Origin: Cyanophora paradoxa CCMP329
Lineage: Eukaryota; Plantae; Glaucophyta
NCBI GenBank assembly: GCA_004431415.1
Contig: QPMI01000510.1
Coordinates: 62,001-126,000 of the forward strand
Reading direction: 5' to 3'
Length of the DNA stretch: 64,000 nt
The first letter of the stretch is position 1. Each line of letters begins with the position of its first letter. Made by a program: the position numbers and the translations under genes. The notes beneath the pieces are model-generated. The model saw only the letters and a program-made list of their open reading frames with translations, did not search any database and was not told the origin of the DNA. Shown piece after piece: positions 1 to 12,900 of the stretch.

Positions 1-265
1 TGTTACTGGGGTCAAAAACAAATAAAGCATACAATATTTTTGTGGCTCAGAACACTAGAGCACACCACTAATATCAGACGATCACGATCTCGACGATCGG
101 CACAGACGCGTCGAGTTCCATGACTTTACTCTGGTAAGTATGAAATGTGCGCGCGCACAAGAAACTTTGAAGGCGCGTGCGGAGAAAGAGCAAGGCGAAG
201 CACTATGTATAGGTGGCCACGGCGACAGCGCCCCCGACCGCGGGGCCGCGACGCCGTCGCCGGCG

Positions 266-3200
266 CTACGACTCGGAGTCCGAGACGAGGGGAGAGCCGA
301 CGAAGCCCGGCGGGGCGGGGGCGGGGGCGGCGAGCGCGGGCGGGGGCGGGGGCGGCCCCAGCGCGGCGCGCTCGGCGAGGTGGGCGATGCCGCCGGCGGG
401 CGCGGCGCTCAGGCTCTCCGAGGAGGAGGCGGCGGCGGGGCGGGGGCGGCCGCGCGCCCGCCCGAGAAGGAGACGGGCGGGCCGACGGGCGCCGCCGCCG
501 GGGCCGAGCCCGAGGGCCGCGGGCTGACCTCCTCCCCGCCCAGCCCGAGGCCGAGGCCGAGGCTGGCGGTGCGGTACGGCTGGAGGCGCCGCGTCTCGGC
601 CCCCGAGGCGAGGCGCTTCACGAGCTTGACCGCGAGGGCGGCGCCCACGAGCCGCTTCTTGACGCCCACCGCCTCGCCGACGACCTGCGGGGCGCCTCCG
701 TGGGCCCGCCGGCCTTGAGGAGGGGCCGCGCGGGGCGCACCTGGGGCCGCCGCACGAGGAGCGCGGCCTGCTCCTCCCCGCTCCGCTCCTGCACGATCTG
801 CCCCGCCCCATCAGGCGAGCCGGGCGGGGCGGGGCGGGCTGGAAGAGAGGGCCGGGAGGACGGGAGCGGGGCGGGGCGGGGCGGGGCGGGCGGGGCGCAC
901 GGCGACGAGCTTCTCGCGGTTGGCGGCGACCATCTCCGCGAACTGCGCGCGCGGGGGGCGGGCGGCGGGTCGCGGTCAGCCCCGGCAGCGCGCAGATGCT
1001 TGTGCTCCCCGACAGATGCTCTCCTAGGCCCGAGAGGACACCGGGGCGGGGCGGGGCGGGGCGCGCCTTGCGCATGCCGGGGAGCATCTCCGCGAGGGCC
1101 GAGAACATCGGCGCCGTCGCGAAGTCCAAAAAGTCTGCGCCGCCGTCAGGGGGGACACGGCAGGGCGCGGCGAAGGGGGCGCGGCGGGGCGGGGCGTCTA
1201 GCTCCACGAGCTCAGCTGCCCGGTGCGTGGTCGGGTGGAGGGGGCAGGGGGGGGGGGGGGGGGGGGCGTGCGGAGGGGATGGGCAGCGGGAGGCGGGCGC
1301 GGGGCGCGGGGCCGGGGGCGGACCGAGGGTGCACTTGGGCTCCCAGGCGGTGGCGCGGTCCATGAAGGGCGCCGGCGCCATCCCCCGCATCCGCTCCTCG
1401 TCCCCCTGCCCGTCCCGAGCCCAAAGCCTCGGCGATGCGGCGGGGCGGGGCGGCCGGGGCGGGGCGGGGGGGGGGGCGGGCCTGGAGGAAGAACTCCTGC
1501 ATGACCGCCTTGTTCCACCCCCGCGACGCCTCCCACGGCTGCCGGGCGAGTCAGGGGGGGACGTCCGGGCGGGGAGAAAGCGGGGCCGGGCCTTGGCGCA
1601 GTTGGCGACGTCGGCGGCGTGCAGCAGCGCGTGCACCAGCAGCGCCTGCAAGCGCGCGCCCCGCCGGGTGAGGCCGGCGCCCGATCAGGCGGCCGGGAAG
1701 CCGGCGGGGGGCATCGAAGCAGGGCGCCGCTCGGCCTGTCGGAGCGGGCGAGGCGGGGGCGGGGGCGCACGCGGTGCTCCTCCGTCTCCTCGCTGAAGTG
1801 GCGCGAGGGCACGAGCGCCCCCGCCGCCGCCGACGCCTTCGCCCCCGCCACCGCCCCGTGCCCGCCCGTGCCCGCCGCCGGCGCCGGCGGCGGCGGGCCC
1901 GTGAGCGTTACCGACGGCACCCGGATCTGCTCGCACGGGGCGGGGTCGGGCGAGGCGGGGCGAGGCCGCGGGAGAGTATGAATCTTCTAGCCCCGCGAGG
2001 CGAGGCGGGGCGGGGGCGCTATTTCGCCTTGGACTTCGGATCTCAGCGCTTGGCGCTAAGCTCTCGCACTCGCCAGCGCGAAGCGGGGCGGGGCGGGGGA
2101 GGGCGGGGCGCGCACCTCGCGGTGGGAGTTGGAGGGGAGGGAGGAGGCGGAGAGGGAGGGCAGGGGGCCCGAGATCGGCGCCGACGCCCTCCGCCACTCT
2201 GCCCCCCGCCCGCCCCGCGTCAGCGACGGACGGCGGAGCGGGGGCCGAGTCCCCCGCGTCCTTTTCATTCGACCTCTTCCTAGCTCTTCCTCTTCGAATC
2301 TTATAGAAAGCGCACCGCCGGAGGCGGAGGGGAGGGGGCCGGAGAGGGGCGCGGAGAGGCGGGGCCGCGGGAGCGAGGGGGACTCGGCTGCCGGCGGCGC
2401 TCAGAGCGAGGAGCGGGGCGAGCCGGAACGAAGGGGGGGCGATCAGAGCACCTCGGGGGGCGGGCCCGGGGAGCCGGAATGCCCGGGGGGGCGGGCCGGG
2501 GCCGGGGCGGGCGGGGCCGGGGGCACGGGGCTGGCGCGGGGCGGCGTGCCCGAGCGCGAGGGCGCGCGCGACGGCGTCGGCGTGTTCACGAACGTGTTCA
2601 GCTGCGCGCCCGGATGAGGCAGGGCGCGCGGGGAGGGCGGGGAGAGCCAGGGCGGCGTCCCATGGAAGCCTGGCGCCTCGCCATGGAGGGCCCCGCTCTA
2701 ATTCTCTCACTTCTAATTCGAGCGAGTTCTGGGACGGGAAGGCCGGCACCTTGGCGACCATCTCCATGTGCAGCGCCATGTCCGTCCACAGCACCGCCTG
2801 GATCACCTGCGGGGGCGGGGGGCCGCACGCGCGGTGAGGCGCGGGGCGCGGCGCGCAGGGAGGGCGGCGGGACGGGCCGGGGCGCACGAGGGAGCGGACG
2901 CGCTTGTACTCGGCCCGGTCCAGCGTCCGCAGCACGTTGCAGCCGCGGTCCTGCCCGCCCCCAAGGAGCCCGTCGGCCCCGCGGCGAGGGGGCGGGGCCG
3001 CCGGCGCGACCGAAGAGGGGGGAAGAGGGGCGGGGGCAGAGGCGCGAGGGCCGGCGCCGCCGCCTAGGCCCCGCCCCGGGGCTCCAGCTCTACACGGGCC
3101 TGGGAGCGGGGGCGGACCTGCATGCACTTGAAGGTGAGCGCGGCGTGGTAGTTCTCCAGCGGGCTCTTGTCGTTGTACGTCAGCGCCAGCGCAGACCCCG

Positions 3201-5035
3201 TCGCCACCTGCCGCGCCGCTCGAAGGGGCGCCTCTAGGGGCGGGGGGGTGCTGCGGGGGCGGACGAGGAAGGCGTTGCCGCGGCCCGGGTGCCTGCGGGG
3301 GCGGGGGCGGGGCGTCAGAGCGGCGGGCGGGCGGGCGGGGGAGGGGCGGGGCGGGGCGGGGGCGGGCCCGACGTCGTGGGCGATGGCGGCGACGAAAAGG
3401 GCGAGCACCTCGAGCTCCTCCAGCACCGACCCCGCCTGGCCCCCACAGTCGGCCCCAGGCCCCGCCCCGGCCCCGCACCGGAGCGCTCCAGCTCTGGGAC
3501 GGGAGGGACCCCGCCAGACCCAGGCCCGAGGAGGGAGGCCGAGCAGGCCAGGGCGTGGGGGGCGGGTGGGGGTGGGGGTGTGTGTGTATGTGGGGGGGTA
3601 CGGACCTCCGACTCCTTGACGAAGATGTAGACGGCGCGGAGCACGTCGAACGCGTGCCGGAACTGCCCCGGGGGAGGGGTGCGGCGATCAGTGCGGGGAA
3701 GGGTCGGAACGGTGTCGACGGAGGGGGCCAGGCACGTTGTGGTAGGCTGCGGGGGCGTGGCAGAGGCGCGCGGGTCAGCCGTTGGGGTAGGGGGGGGGGT
3801 ACAGCGGCGCACGGTTCGTGGAGCGGTACCGTCGCTGAAGGGCCCGTATGAAGCGACCCAGAACCTGGGGGGGGGGGGGGGGGGGGGGCAGGGAATCAGG
3901 CGGGGAGGCGGGGGGGGCGGGCGGCGCCGCGGGGGGGTGCGCCTCGGGGTCGATGTTGAAGCGCTCCGTGAGGCCGCGCTCGCGGAACAGAAGCGCAGCG
4001 TAGTCGCAGAGCAGCTGCGGCGAGGGAGGGGCGCGCGCGCGTCGGAGCGCGGCCGGGGTACAGGTGCGCGGGGGGGGGGGGCGGTGACGGGGCCGGGTAC
4101 CTCGCTCCGGAACCGCGTGCTGTCGACCTCCCAGGAATCGAGCCCCAGCGCTCCGACCTGATGCGCTCGCGTTCTACGGGGGTGCGCAGGGGCGGGAGGG
4201 GGGGATGGATGAGAGGGGGGTATGCCCGCCTGCCAGACGGCGTCCATCTTGACGGCGCGGCTGCGGGGGCGGGACTCAGGGGGGGGGAATACGTTGGGAG
4301 GGGGTACGCGCACCAGACGCCGGAGGGCCGGCGGAGGCTCTCGAAGAAGGAACGAATGCGCTCCCCGAAGGACGGGCGGGACGGGCCCGCCACGGACGGC
4401 TGCGCCGCCGACCGGTCAGCCCCCGCCGCTGGCGATCCTAAGCGGGCGCGGGCGACGCGGCCGCACCATGCGCCGGTTGCTCTTCGTCCGGGCGGTGAGC
4501 GTGAGCAGGAGCTCGCTGCGGGGGCGGTCAGCGCGGAGCGGGGCGGCGCGGTGGGAGCGGGGGCGGGCGCACTCCTGGGCGCCGCGGCTGCCCGAGCGGC
4601 CCCTGCGAGACGTGGTCGGAGTGCCGGGCCTCAGCTCCACGCGCAGGTACGCCGTCGCCGTCGGATCTGCAGCGGCGCCGGCCGTGGGCGGGGCGCGTAA
4701 GCAGCGCGGCGCGCCGCCCCCGGGCGCATCCCCCAATGCGAGATCGCAGGTCGGAGCGGCGAGCCCTAGCGCACCGTCCTCGCTGAAGACCTCTGCGGGG
4801 GGCGCACGGGTCCAAGGGTCAGAAATCGCCGCGCGGCGGGCGGAGCGGGCCGGGCGGGCGACTCGCCGATGAGCTTGTCGACGATGCGGCGGCTGTTCGC
4901 TGGATCCTGCGCCACCAGCTCCTGCGTGAGGGCCGAGAGCCGCCGGACCTCGTCCTGGAGCCTGGACATCTTCTCCTTGTAGCTGTCCCGCCGGCCATCC
5001 TCATCCGGCAGCTGCACTTCTAAGGGAGGCCCCAT
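266..5035 (-). CDS. Class I 3',5'-cyclic nucleotide phosphodiesterase (multi-exon)
   Basis: Exon fragments give the PDEase_I motifs in order: YHN..FRHAFDVLRAVY, AAIAHDVG-HPGRGNAFL, YNDKSPLENYH, VLWTDMALH, LLHAADVAN, EFFLQGDEERMRGMAPAPFMDR. N-terminal coiled coil (MSRLQDEVRRLSALTQEL). Ends are approximate. Confidence 0.9.
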
Positions 5036-5201
5036 TGAAGGGAATCCAGATGCACTTCTTCCGGCAGCCGTGCCCTGCCTCGGCGCCGAGCGCCGGCTCG
5101 ACGCTGCACTGGCAGCAAGGCTCCGAGTAAAAGCTCGCTGCCGGGGGGGCGGGGCCCTTTAGCGCCGCATCGTGCTGGACGCGTGCGCGGGTAACCGGCC
5201 G

Positions 5202-7001
5202 ATGATGGACGCGGGGCTGCGCCGCCGCCCCAAGCACGCGCTGCGGATGAGCAAGGCCTAGGCGGGAAGGCAGTCGGCTGCAGGTAGCTAGCGGATGAAA
5301 TGCTGATGCCCTTGCACGCTGCTGCGCCCCTCCAAAGCGTTGTTAAGGTCCGACTGGTTGGGTACAGCGTATTGAACTCTCTCTCGCTGTACCCGCCCTC
5401 GGACTCCGGCCCCCAGTCTCCGGGTCTCCGACGACACGACGAGCTTATGGCCGCCCTCTTCGTGTGCCCTCCCGTGATCTGCGGCGCCCGATTCGCTCCG
5501 TGCACGCGGCCGGCCGCGCTCGTCCAGTTCGCTCCGAGCTCCGCGGCGTCGGCGCCTCTCGTCGGCGATCCGGCCGCAGCGGCGGCTCCGCGAGAGCAGC
5601 AGCCCCGCGAGACTGCCCTCCAGGCCCCATCTAGCGGCCGCCTCTCCTGGTCGCGCTTGCAGGCCGCGCGGTCGCTCTCGCGCGCGCGCCGCGTACGGAT
5701 CGAATTCACGATCACGGCCTCCGATCAGGTGCGCGTCCGCTCTCCCCCTGTCGTTCTGCCGATCAAAGCTTACAGCGCACCTGCGCATGCAGGGCTGCGA
5801 ACGCCGCTTCGATACTGTGCGGGTGCCGGCGATGCCTGCTGGCGAGAGTGCCAAGCGCTGCAGCTCGAACTCCATCGACCTTCCGAATCTTGAGCCTCGC
5901 TCGCACATTGTTTACTTTTCGGCGCGCCCCCGCCCCTGGCCATGGCCCTGCAGCTGGCGCTGCAGCTGGCGCCGGCGCGCGCGCGCTTCGGTCCAGTCTA
6001 GCCTATAGCTTCCCTCGCTATCGCTGCTCATACCGTGCGCCCAGTGTGCTCTTGCCGCGGATCCAAGTTTGTGGAGCCGCGTCTTGTCGGCTGTGCGAGC
6101 AGCTGAGCCGTACAGGCAAGGCCTACCCAACCCTCGAGCTCGGGCTCTAGTGTATCTGGCTCGAGCTCTCGCGCTTTAGCTTAACGCTGATAATCTAGAG
6201 CGCGTCAGTGCGGTCCAGGTGTGCGCGCTTGCGGACAGCCTCGCGAGAAACGAGGAGAACGTGGTGCGCAGACGTGCACATGCATGTTTTTCGCGGGATC
6301 GTTCGAGTTCTAGATCCCTGCAGCTGGCCCTGGAGCTCGCTGACAGGGGCGGGTTGGGGCGCCGGCAGGTCTTCGGGTCGGGGTTCGAGGCGGAGCTGGT
6401 GAGCGGGGACGCCTTCTCCGTGCTCCCGCGCCTGCAGGACGCCGTCTCCGCCGCCGTCCAGGGGGGCCCCGGGGCCCCGCCCGGCGGCCCCGCCCCAGCC
6501 GCCCCGCGCCCCCTCCACGCCGACCCCGACGCCGAGGCCGAGGCCGAGCCGCAGCCCCAGTGCCTCTGCGCCAGCGGGCTCGCCTGTGTCAGCGCAGACG
6601 ACGGGTTCGCGCCCGCCCTGGGATCGATTCGGATTCAACCCTCTGAGAGCACTGGGGGCGCGGGCAGGTCGTTCATACGCCACCTGCGCCCCGATGAGCC
6701 GGAGGGGCAGTCCGACCTGCTGGAGCTCCTCAACTTCGTCGCCACGCAGGACTCGGAGGAGATGGAGAAGGGCCACGTGCGTCGCGCAGAGTCTTCGAAT
6801 CTGCCGCCGGGGCCGCCCCCGCTTTCAAAACCCTCCGTAGACCTGGACGTGAGCCCCGCGGCGCAGGTTTGGGTGTGGACGCAGGCGGCGCCGGCGTCAC
6901 CGCAGCAGACGGCGCGCGCCCTCGCCGGCCTCTCCCGCGAGCTCCAGGCCATCCTCGCCGAGCACCTCCGCTCCCAGGCCCCCTGCCAGAGCGAGCGCTA
7001 G
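5202..7001 (+). CDS. Hypothetical protein (multi-exon)
   Basis: Coding-like segments (HDELMAALFVCPPVICG, VFGSGFEAELVSGDAFSVLPRLQDAV, DLLELLNFVATQDSEEMEKG, ALAGLSRELQAILAEHL) separated by intron-like gaps. No recognisable domain; start uncertain. Confidence 0.45.
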
Positions 7002-7117
7002 GCCCCTGCAGTTCGCGCTTTGCCTGGTTTTGCTTCCAATGCGTCGCTGGACGTGTACAGTGGATGTTCCAGCCGCGATAAATACAGCCGTAAACATTCT
7101 CCTAAGAAGGGGCGGGC

Positions 7118-8889
7118 TCAGGCGGGGGGCCCGATGGCGAGGAGGGTGCGGGGCCGCTCGGCGCGCTCGTAGAAGCGGATGCTCGCGGCCTGGGCGGGGC
7201 GGGGTGAGGGGCGGGCGGGGCGGGCGGGGGCGGGGCGGGCGGACGGGGAGCCAGGCGGCGAGGGAGGAGGCGAGGTCGCGGAGGGCGGCGGGGGCGAAGT
7301 TGGGGGGGAGGAAGACCGCCACCCCCACCGACGCCCCCTGCGCCAGCGTCAGAGGGGGGGGGGGGGGGGGGGGGGGTACGGGCCTCGCGGGGGCCGGCGC
7401 GGGGAGGCGGGCGAGGACGCCGAGGGGCTCGAGGTCGGGGGGCGCGGCGGGGGTACTGAATCGCCACCTCCACGCGCCGCAGCTGGGGGCCCCCCTCCGC
7501 GAGCGCCGCCAGCTCCTCCGCCCCCACGCAGTACCCCTGCACGCTGCACGACCTGCCGGGTACGTGAGCCCGAGGGGGGGTAGGCGGAGAGAGGTGGGGG
7601 TAGCGGGAGGGTGCGGCCGCGCCAGCTGCGGAGGTACCCGCGGGCGGCGCGGACGAGCGCGGCTGCGGCAGCGCCGCCGTCGGCGTCGCGGGGCGTCTGC
7701 CGGCCGGGATGAGCGCGGCGCCCCGGGCCCCCGGGGAGGGGTACCGCGCCTTCTCGAAGGAGACGTCCAGCGCCTCGAGGGTCGCGGCGCGCTGCACCCC
7801 CGCCGCCACCGCCCGCAGCAGGGATACCCCGGGGAAGATCCGCAGCGAGAGGGCCTGGGGCGGCTCGGGGGGTACGGGCGGCGGGGACGGCAAGGGATCG
7901 CTCGCGTACCCGGAGGCGGGGGAGGGCGAAGAGGTCCGAGACGAGCTCCTCCCCCCCGGGCACCGGCGCCAGCTGCCGGCCGCGCTCAGGGCGTGGAGGG
8001 GGAGAAGAGGGGGGAGGGGGTACGGTGGCGGCGAGGGACTCGAGGAGGGGGAAGCGGGGGAGGGCGCGGAGGGCGTCGGGGCCGAGCGGGGCGCCCCCGA
8101 GGGCGAGGCGCCGCAGGCACGCCCCGCGCGCCCCGCCGCAGCCCCGCCAGGCCCCCTCGTACACCCTGCCCCCGCCCCGCCCTCAGCGAGGTTGGGGGAG
8201 GGGGCGGGGCCGGGGGTACGCGCCGGGGGCGGGGTGCGGTGGAGGGCGAGCTCGCGGAGGGGCAGCGGGGCGAGGGCGGCGAGGGCCTCGGGGCAGCGGA
8301 GCGCCGCGCCGAGCCGCGCCAGCCGCGGCAGCGCCGCCGCCAGCGCCGCCGCCTCGCCCGCCCCAGCTCCCGGCCCGTCAGCCGCAGCGCCGTCAGGCCG
8401 GCGAGCGGGGCGAGGAGGGCGGGCAGCCGCTCTGGGCGCCAGCAGGGGCCCCAGGCGAAGCGGGAGGCGGGGTCGGGCCGAGGGCGAGGGCGCGCAGGGC
8501 GGGCAGCGCGCCGAGCGCCAGGAAGAGCTCCGAGGCCGGCACCCAGCCCGGCCCCGCGCCCCGCGCGCCCTCGCCCCCGCCCCGCCCCCGCCGCGGCAAA
8601 GGCGACCTCGACGGACTCGAGCCCGGGCGAGCAGCGCGCCAGGCCGTACAGCAGCCGCAGCGCCGGCCCCGCCTCCCCGGCCCCGCGACCCACACCCGGA
8701 GCTCCCGCACCCTGCGCCCGCGTCGGCTCGGCGGGGGCGGCGCAGGGGCGGCCGGCGCGGGACGGGCCGAGGGCGCACCGCGGAGCGCGCCGGCGTCCGC
8801 GCGGGCGGCGAGTCGGCGCAGGTGCACGGCCGCGCGGCGGGCGTCGGGCTCGGGCCCCGCGCACAGCGCCGCGTCCTCTCCGAAGGGGT

Positions 8890-8920
<31 letters not shown>

Positions 8921-9148
8921 CGCGCCGGCCGCGGGGGCGCCGGAGAGGAGGTCGACGAGGCCCCACTCGACGCCGGCGAGGGCCGCGCGCCAGCGGCGGC
9001 TGAGCGTGTGGAGGCGGCAGGCGGCGAGCGCCTCGACGGGGCCCAGCAGCAGCGCGATCTCCTGCATCAGCGCCTCCGGGAGCGCCTCCATCGCGCACGC
9101 CGCCTCCTCCGCCCCCGCCCGCCGCCGTTTGCTGCCCTGCTGTCCCAT
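7118..9148 (-). CDS. F-box protein with degenerate LRR-like C-terminal region
   Basis: N-terminal F-box-like MEALPEALMQEIALLLGPVEALAACRLHTLSRRWR, followed by LxxLxL-type segments (LPALRALAL, LTALRLTG, LEALDVSF, LRRVEV). Confidence 0.7.
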
Positions 9149-9630
9149 CGCAGCCTCTGCCGCAGCGCTCGAGCGGATGTTTCGCGGGCCGAGGAAAGTT
9201 CTTCCAGATGGATCGGCGGAGTCACGCCGAACTGTGCAGCGCGAAGGAAGCCGCCGCCAGCAAAAGATTCGAATCAGGTGGCACTCTCTATCAACGCTCG
9301 TACGGCGCCACTTGCGGGAGCGGCGATGTTGCGACGTCCGCTGTCACCGCGCCGTGCCGCGTCGCCGAAGACCGGAGCCCGATGCAGCGCAAGAAGTTCT
9401 CAAAAAGATCTAGATGCAGCGCCGGCGGGGTCCGATCAACGCTGCGCGCGGAGCCTCGTCAGTAAGTTCTGGAGCCGCGCTCGAGCCTGCTTCGAGCGCG
9501 AACCGCGCAGTACAACTGCCGGTCGCTCCCGACGAGCCTCCCGTGCGAGGCCTGCGAGTCCGGTGAGCGGATTCGACGAGACCTGATGTTTCTGATCCGT
9601 GATAGGGGGTACGCACACCTTCGTCAAGCA

Positions 9631-10177
9631 ATGGCGTCCGACAAGCTCAGCGCTCAGGAGATCGAGGCGATTCTCAAGGACGACGACGTGCGCCCTCTGC
9701 CGCCCAGCCCGCCCTCTGATCGCTTCCTCCCGCCCGTGCGGAGGTTTTAACTAGGAGTTGCCCGGCGTGACGCCGCCGCCCGCTGGCTGACACGGCGTCG
9801 GATGCGGACACAGAGCCTGACCCTGGAGGAGTTCATCGTGGGCGCCGTCGCCGTCCGCGCCGACTCCGTCATCGTGCGCTCGCGCGCGCGCTCTGACGAA
9901 GGCCCAGGCCTAGAGCGTAGTTGCTATCTAGACCTGCACGGCTGAATACTCAAAAGATCTAGCGTGTTGAGCTCTATTCGATTAAATTCGCCGGGCCGCC
10001 CTTCACCCAGGCCTATAGCTAGGCCTAGGCCGCCGCGCCGGGCCAAGCTTCAACTGAAGGCCGCGGGCGCAGATCGACTCGGCGCTGTCGGAGCAGTTCT
10101 ACGAGCTGGACACGAACGACGACTTCGCCCTCGACCGCCACGACCTCCTCGACGCCGCCGCCCAGGGCCTCCTCTAG
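9631..10177 (+). CDS. Small acidic EF-hand-like protein (micro-exons; absent from the ORF track)
   Basis: ATG at 9631 gives MASDKLSAQEIEAILKDDD, then a GT donor. Internal exon SLTLEEFI. Last exon IDSALSEQFYELDTNDDFALDRHDLLDAAAQGLL* contains an EF-loop-like DTNDDFALDRHD. Confidence 0.55.
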
Positions 10178-10346
10178 ACCCGCGTTGAGGCGCCGCCGAG
10201 GCCACGCCGAGCATGTAGCGGTGGCTTCTAAGCCGCAGCGCCGGCCCGCATGCACATACACTCCCCTGTTGTACAACACTGAATTGATCCGCGTCCTGTC
10301 GTCTCTACGAGCTCGGGCCGATCTCGGGCCCCGGGGGTGCGCGGGG

Positions 10347-12611
10347 CTAGCGGGACTGGAAGACGTTCTGTGTCATCTGGGCGGTGGCGCCGGCGCGCCG
10401 GGCGGCGTCGTCGAGGGCGGCGACCTCGGCGGGGGAGAGGGCCCAGCCCATCGCCCCCGCGTTCTCCCGCGCCTGCCCCGCGCTCTTCGCCCCCGGGATC
10501 GGCGTCGTCCCCTGCCGGCCCCCGTCGTCCCCTGCCCGTTGCTCGCGCCGGCCCCCGCGGGGCGCACCTTCTGCATGCACCAGTTCAGGGCGACCTGCGA
10601 CGCCGTCTTGCCCCGCGCCGCCGCCACCTGCGCCCCCGAGGGGGGGTCGAGGGGGGGGGAGAGAGGGGGGGAAGGACCTCGCGGAGGGTGGAGACGACGG
10701 GGCGGCAGCCCTGCAGCGCCGCGCGGAAGGCGAACCCCCGGAGGCCCGGAGGCGGGCGCTCCGGCCCGTACTTCCCTGCCCGCACGCTGAGAGGTGCAGA
10801 CAGAGCCGGGCGGAAGCGAAGGGGGGTAGGGGGTTAGGACGCGCCCGTGCAGAGGCCCAGGGCGAGGGGGGAGTACGCGATCACCCGGACCCCCAGCTCA
10901 GCGGCCCTGGAGGGGGGATGAGCCGCGAAAAGGAGGCGAGAAGGGCGGGGGGTACGCGCGTCTCGAGGAGGCCGGAGGCTTCGGGGGCGGTGGAGAGGAG
11001 GGAGTACTGGACCTGCCAGGGGGGGGGGGGGGGGGCGCAAGATGAACCCGGGGTTCGCGAGACGGGGGGCGAGGGGCGTGCCTGGACGGAAGAGAGGCGA
11101 ACGCCTCGACGGGCTAGGGCCGCGTGGCACCGCCGCAGCTGCCGCGGACCGTAGTTCGATACCCCTACGGCCTCCACCTGTAGAGCGTGTGAGACGGGGG
11201 AGGATGAGAGCGGGGAGGGGTACGGGCGCGCCAGCCCCGCCTCACGCATATCCGCGAGGGCGTCCCACACGACCTGCGGGGTACGAGTTCGGGAGTCGGG
11301 GTACGGGGCGCTGGATCGAAGGGGAGTACCGGGTCCAGGCCAATCGAATAGTTCGCTGCGCTCCAGTGCGCCTGCGCGGGGGTAAAGCTTCGGAAACAAG
11401 GAGGCTTTTTGTCTAGAGGTGGCCGGGCGGGGCCCGGGCGGGCGGGAGGGAGGGGGGAGGGGGGGGGGATACGGCGGACCTGGGCCATGCCCATCCTCTC
11501 TATCCCCATGCGGGCGAGGGAGGCGCGGCATGCCTTCATGAAGGACCCCCGCGTGAGCCGCCAGGGGTACAGCGCGAGCTTTGTCGCCAGGTACACCTTC
11601 GGGGGGAGACGCACTCAAATCGGAAAGGGGAGAAAGAGGCGCGGGGGGGGGGGGGGGTACCGACCTCCTCGGGCTCGCGCCCCTCCGACCTGAGCCGCTC
11701 CTGCCGATTGCGGAGGAAGCTGGGGGGAGAGAGCGGCGCCGCCTGGTCAGGAGAAAGGCGGGACGAGGCCGGGCAGGGCGGGGGGGGGGGGGGGGCGGGG
11801 CGGCACCGTCCCAGCAGCACCTCGCTCCTCCCCTCCAGCTTGCCCGTGCCGTACGAGTCTGGGGCGGCGGCGTCATGAGAAAGGGGTACACCGCACCCCC
11901 GGAGATCCGCGTACCCCCCGTGTCGAAGAAGTTGACGCCTGAATCGACGAGGAAGTTGAACACGCGCTCGAGTTCCTCGTCCTGGCTGGGATCGTACCCC
12001 CAGAGCAGCTGGTTGCCTAAACGTGCAAGGGTACGTGAGAAGCGAGGTAAGGGGGCGGCGGGGGCTGGGTGAAGTGCGGGCGCGCCCCAGCTCCAGGTGC
12101 CGCAGCCTATGGGCGAGACGCGGAGCTCGCCGGCGTCTACGCGGGCGCGGGGATCCGTCTCAACCTGCGCCCGCGACTCCGTCGGCCCCGCGCGGGCGCT
12201 TCCGGAGGCTCTGGCGCCGCGCGGCGCACAGCGTTCGAATTGGTGTCGAGGAGGCAGCGCACGTCCCGTGCGCCCGCGGGCGACGCCGAGGCGGTGAAGC
12301 GTGGCAGAGGGCGCGACGCGTCGACATCGCCAGCGAGCCTGCGCGGGCGGCGGTGCCGCGGGGCGGTTAGCAGCTCTCGTGCGCCAGCGGTCAGCGCCGC
12401 GCGCTCCTGCGCACCAGCGTCGCGCGTCCGAAGGCCCGCAGCCGAATGTACTGTGCGCTGAGAATCCGTTGGGGCGCCTGGTGCTTCGTGCGGCCGGCTG
12501 GGCGGTGACTTGCGACCCCGCGGTCGGCACGACCGGCGCACTGCGCTGGGCGGCGGGAAGGACGGAGGCGGCGAACGCCGCCGCGCATCCCAACGCTGCC
12601 ATGCTGGTCAT
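10347..12611 (-). CDS. PLR1: Plastid-targeted aldo-keto reductase, pyridoxal reductase (PLR1)-like
   Basis: VSPIGCGTWSWGNQLLWGY, GVNFFDTADSYGTG (catalytic D/Y), ATKLALYPWRLT, AVGVSNYGPRQL, QVQYSLLS, IAYSPLALG, QVALNWCMQKG, C-terminal MTQNVFQSR*. These resemble plant/cyanobacterial PLR1. Ala/Ser-rich transit peptide (MAALGCAAAFAASV). Confidence 0.85.
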
Positions 12612-12900
12612 GCGAGCTTCCGATCGCTAAACTACGTCCGTAGTACGTCCGACTACGTCGCGCCGACCGGGTACACGAGCGGACGCAGGTCCAGACGTTC
12701 GCCAACGCAGTGGGTGCGCTCCAAACTCTGCGAGGCCGCGTCTCAACCGCGGCCAAACCTCTTCTCACTTCGCGCCGATCGGTCTGAGCAGGTGCAATTT
12801 GCAATTGCACCGATCAGCGCGCGCCAGCCCCATCGCGGCATCGTGAGCTAGAATTGCACGGCGAGCGGAAGACGAGAGCACCCACGACGATCGCCGCGGC

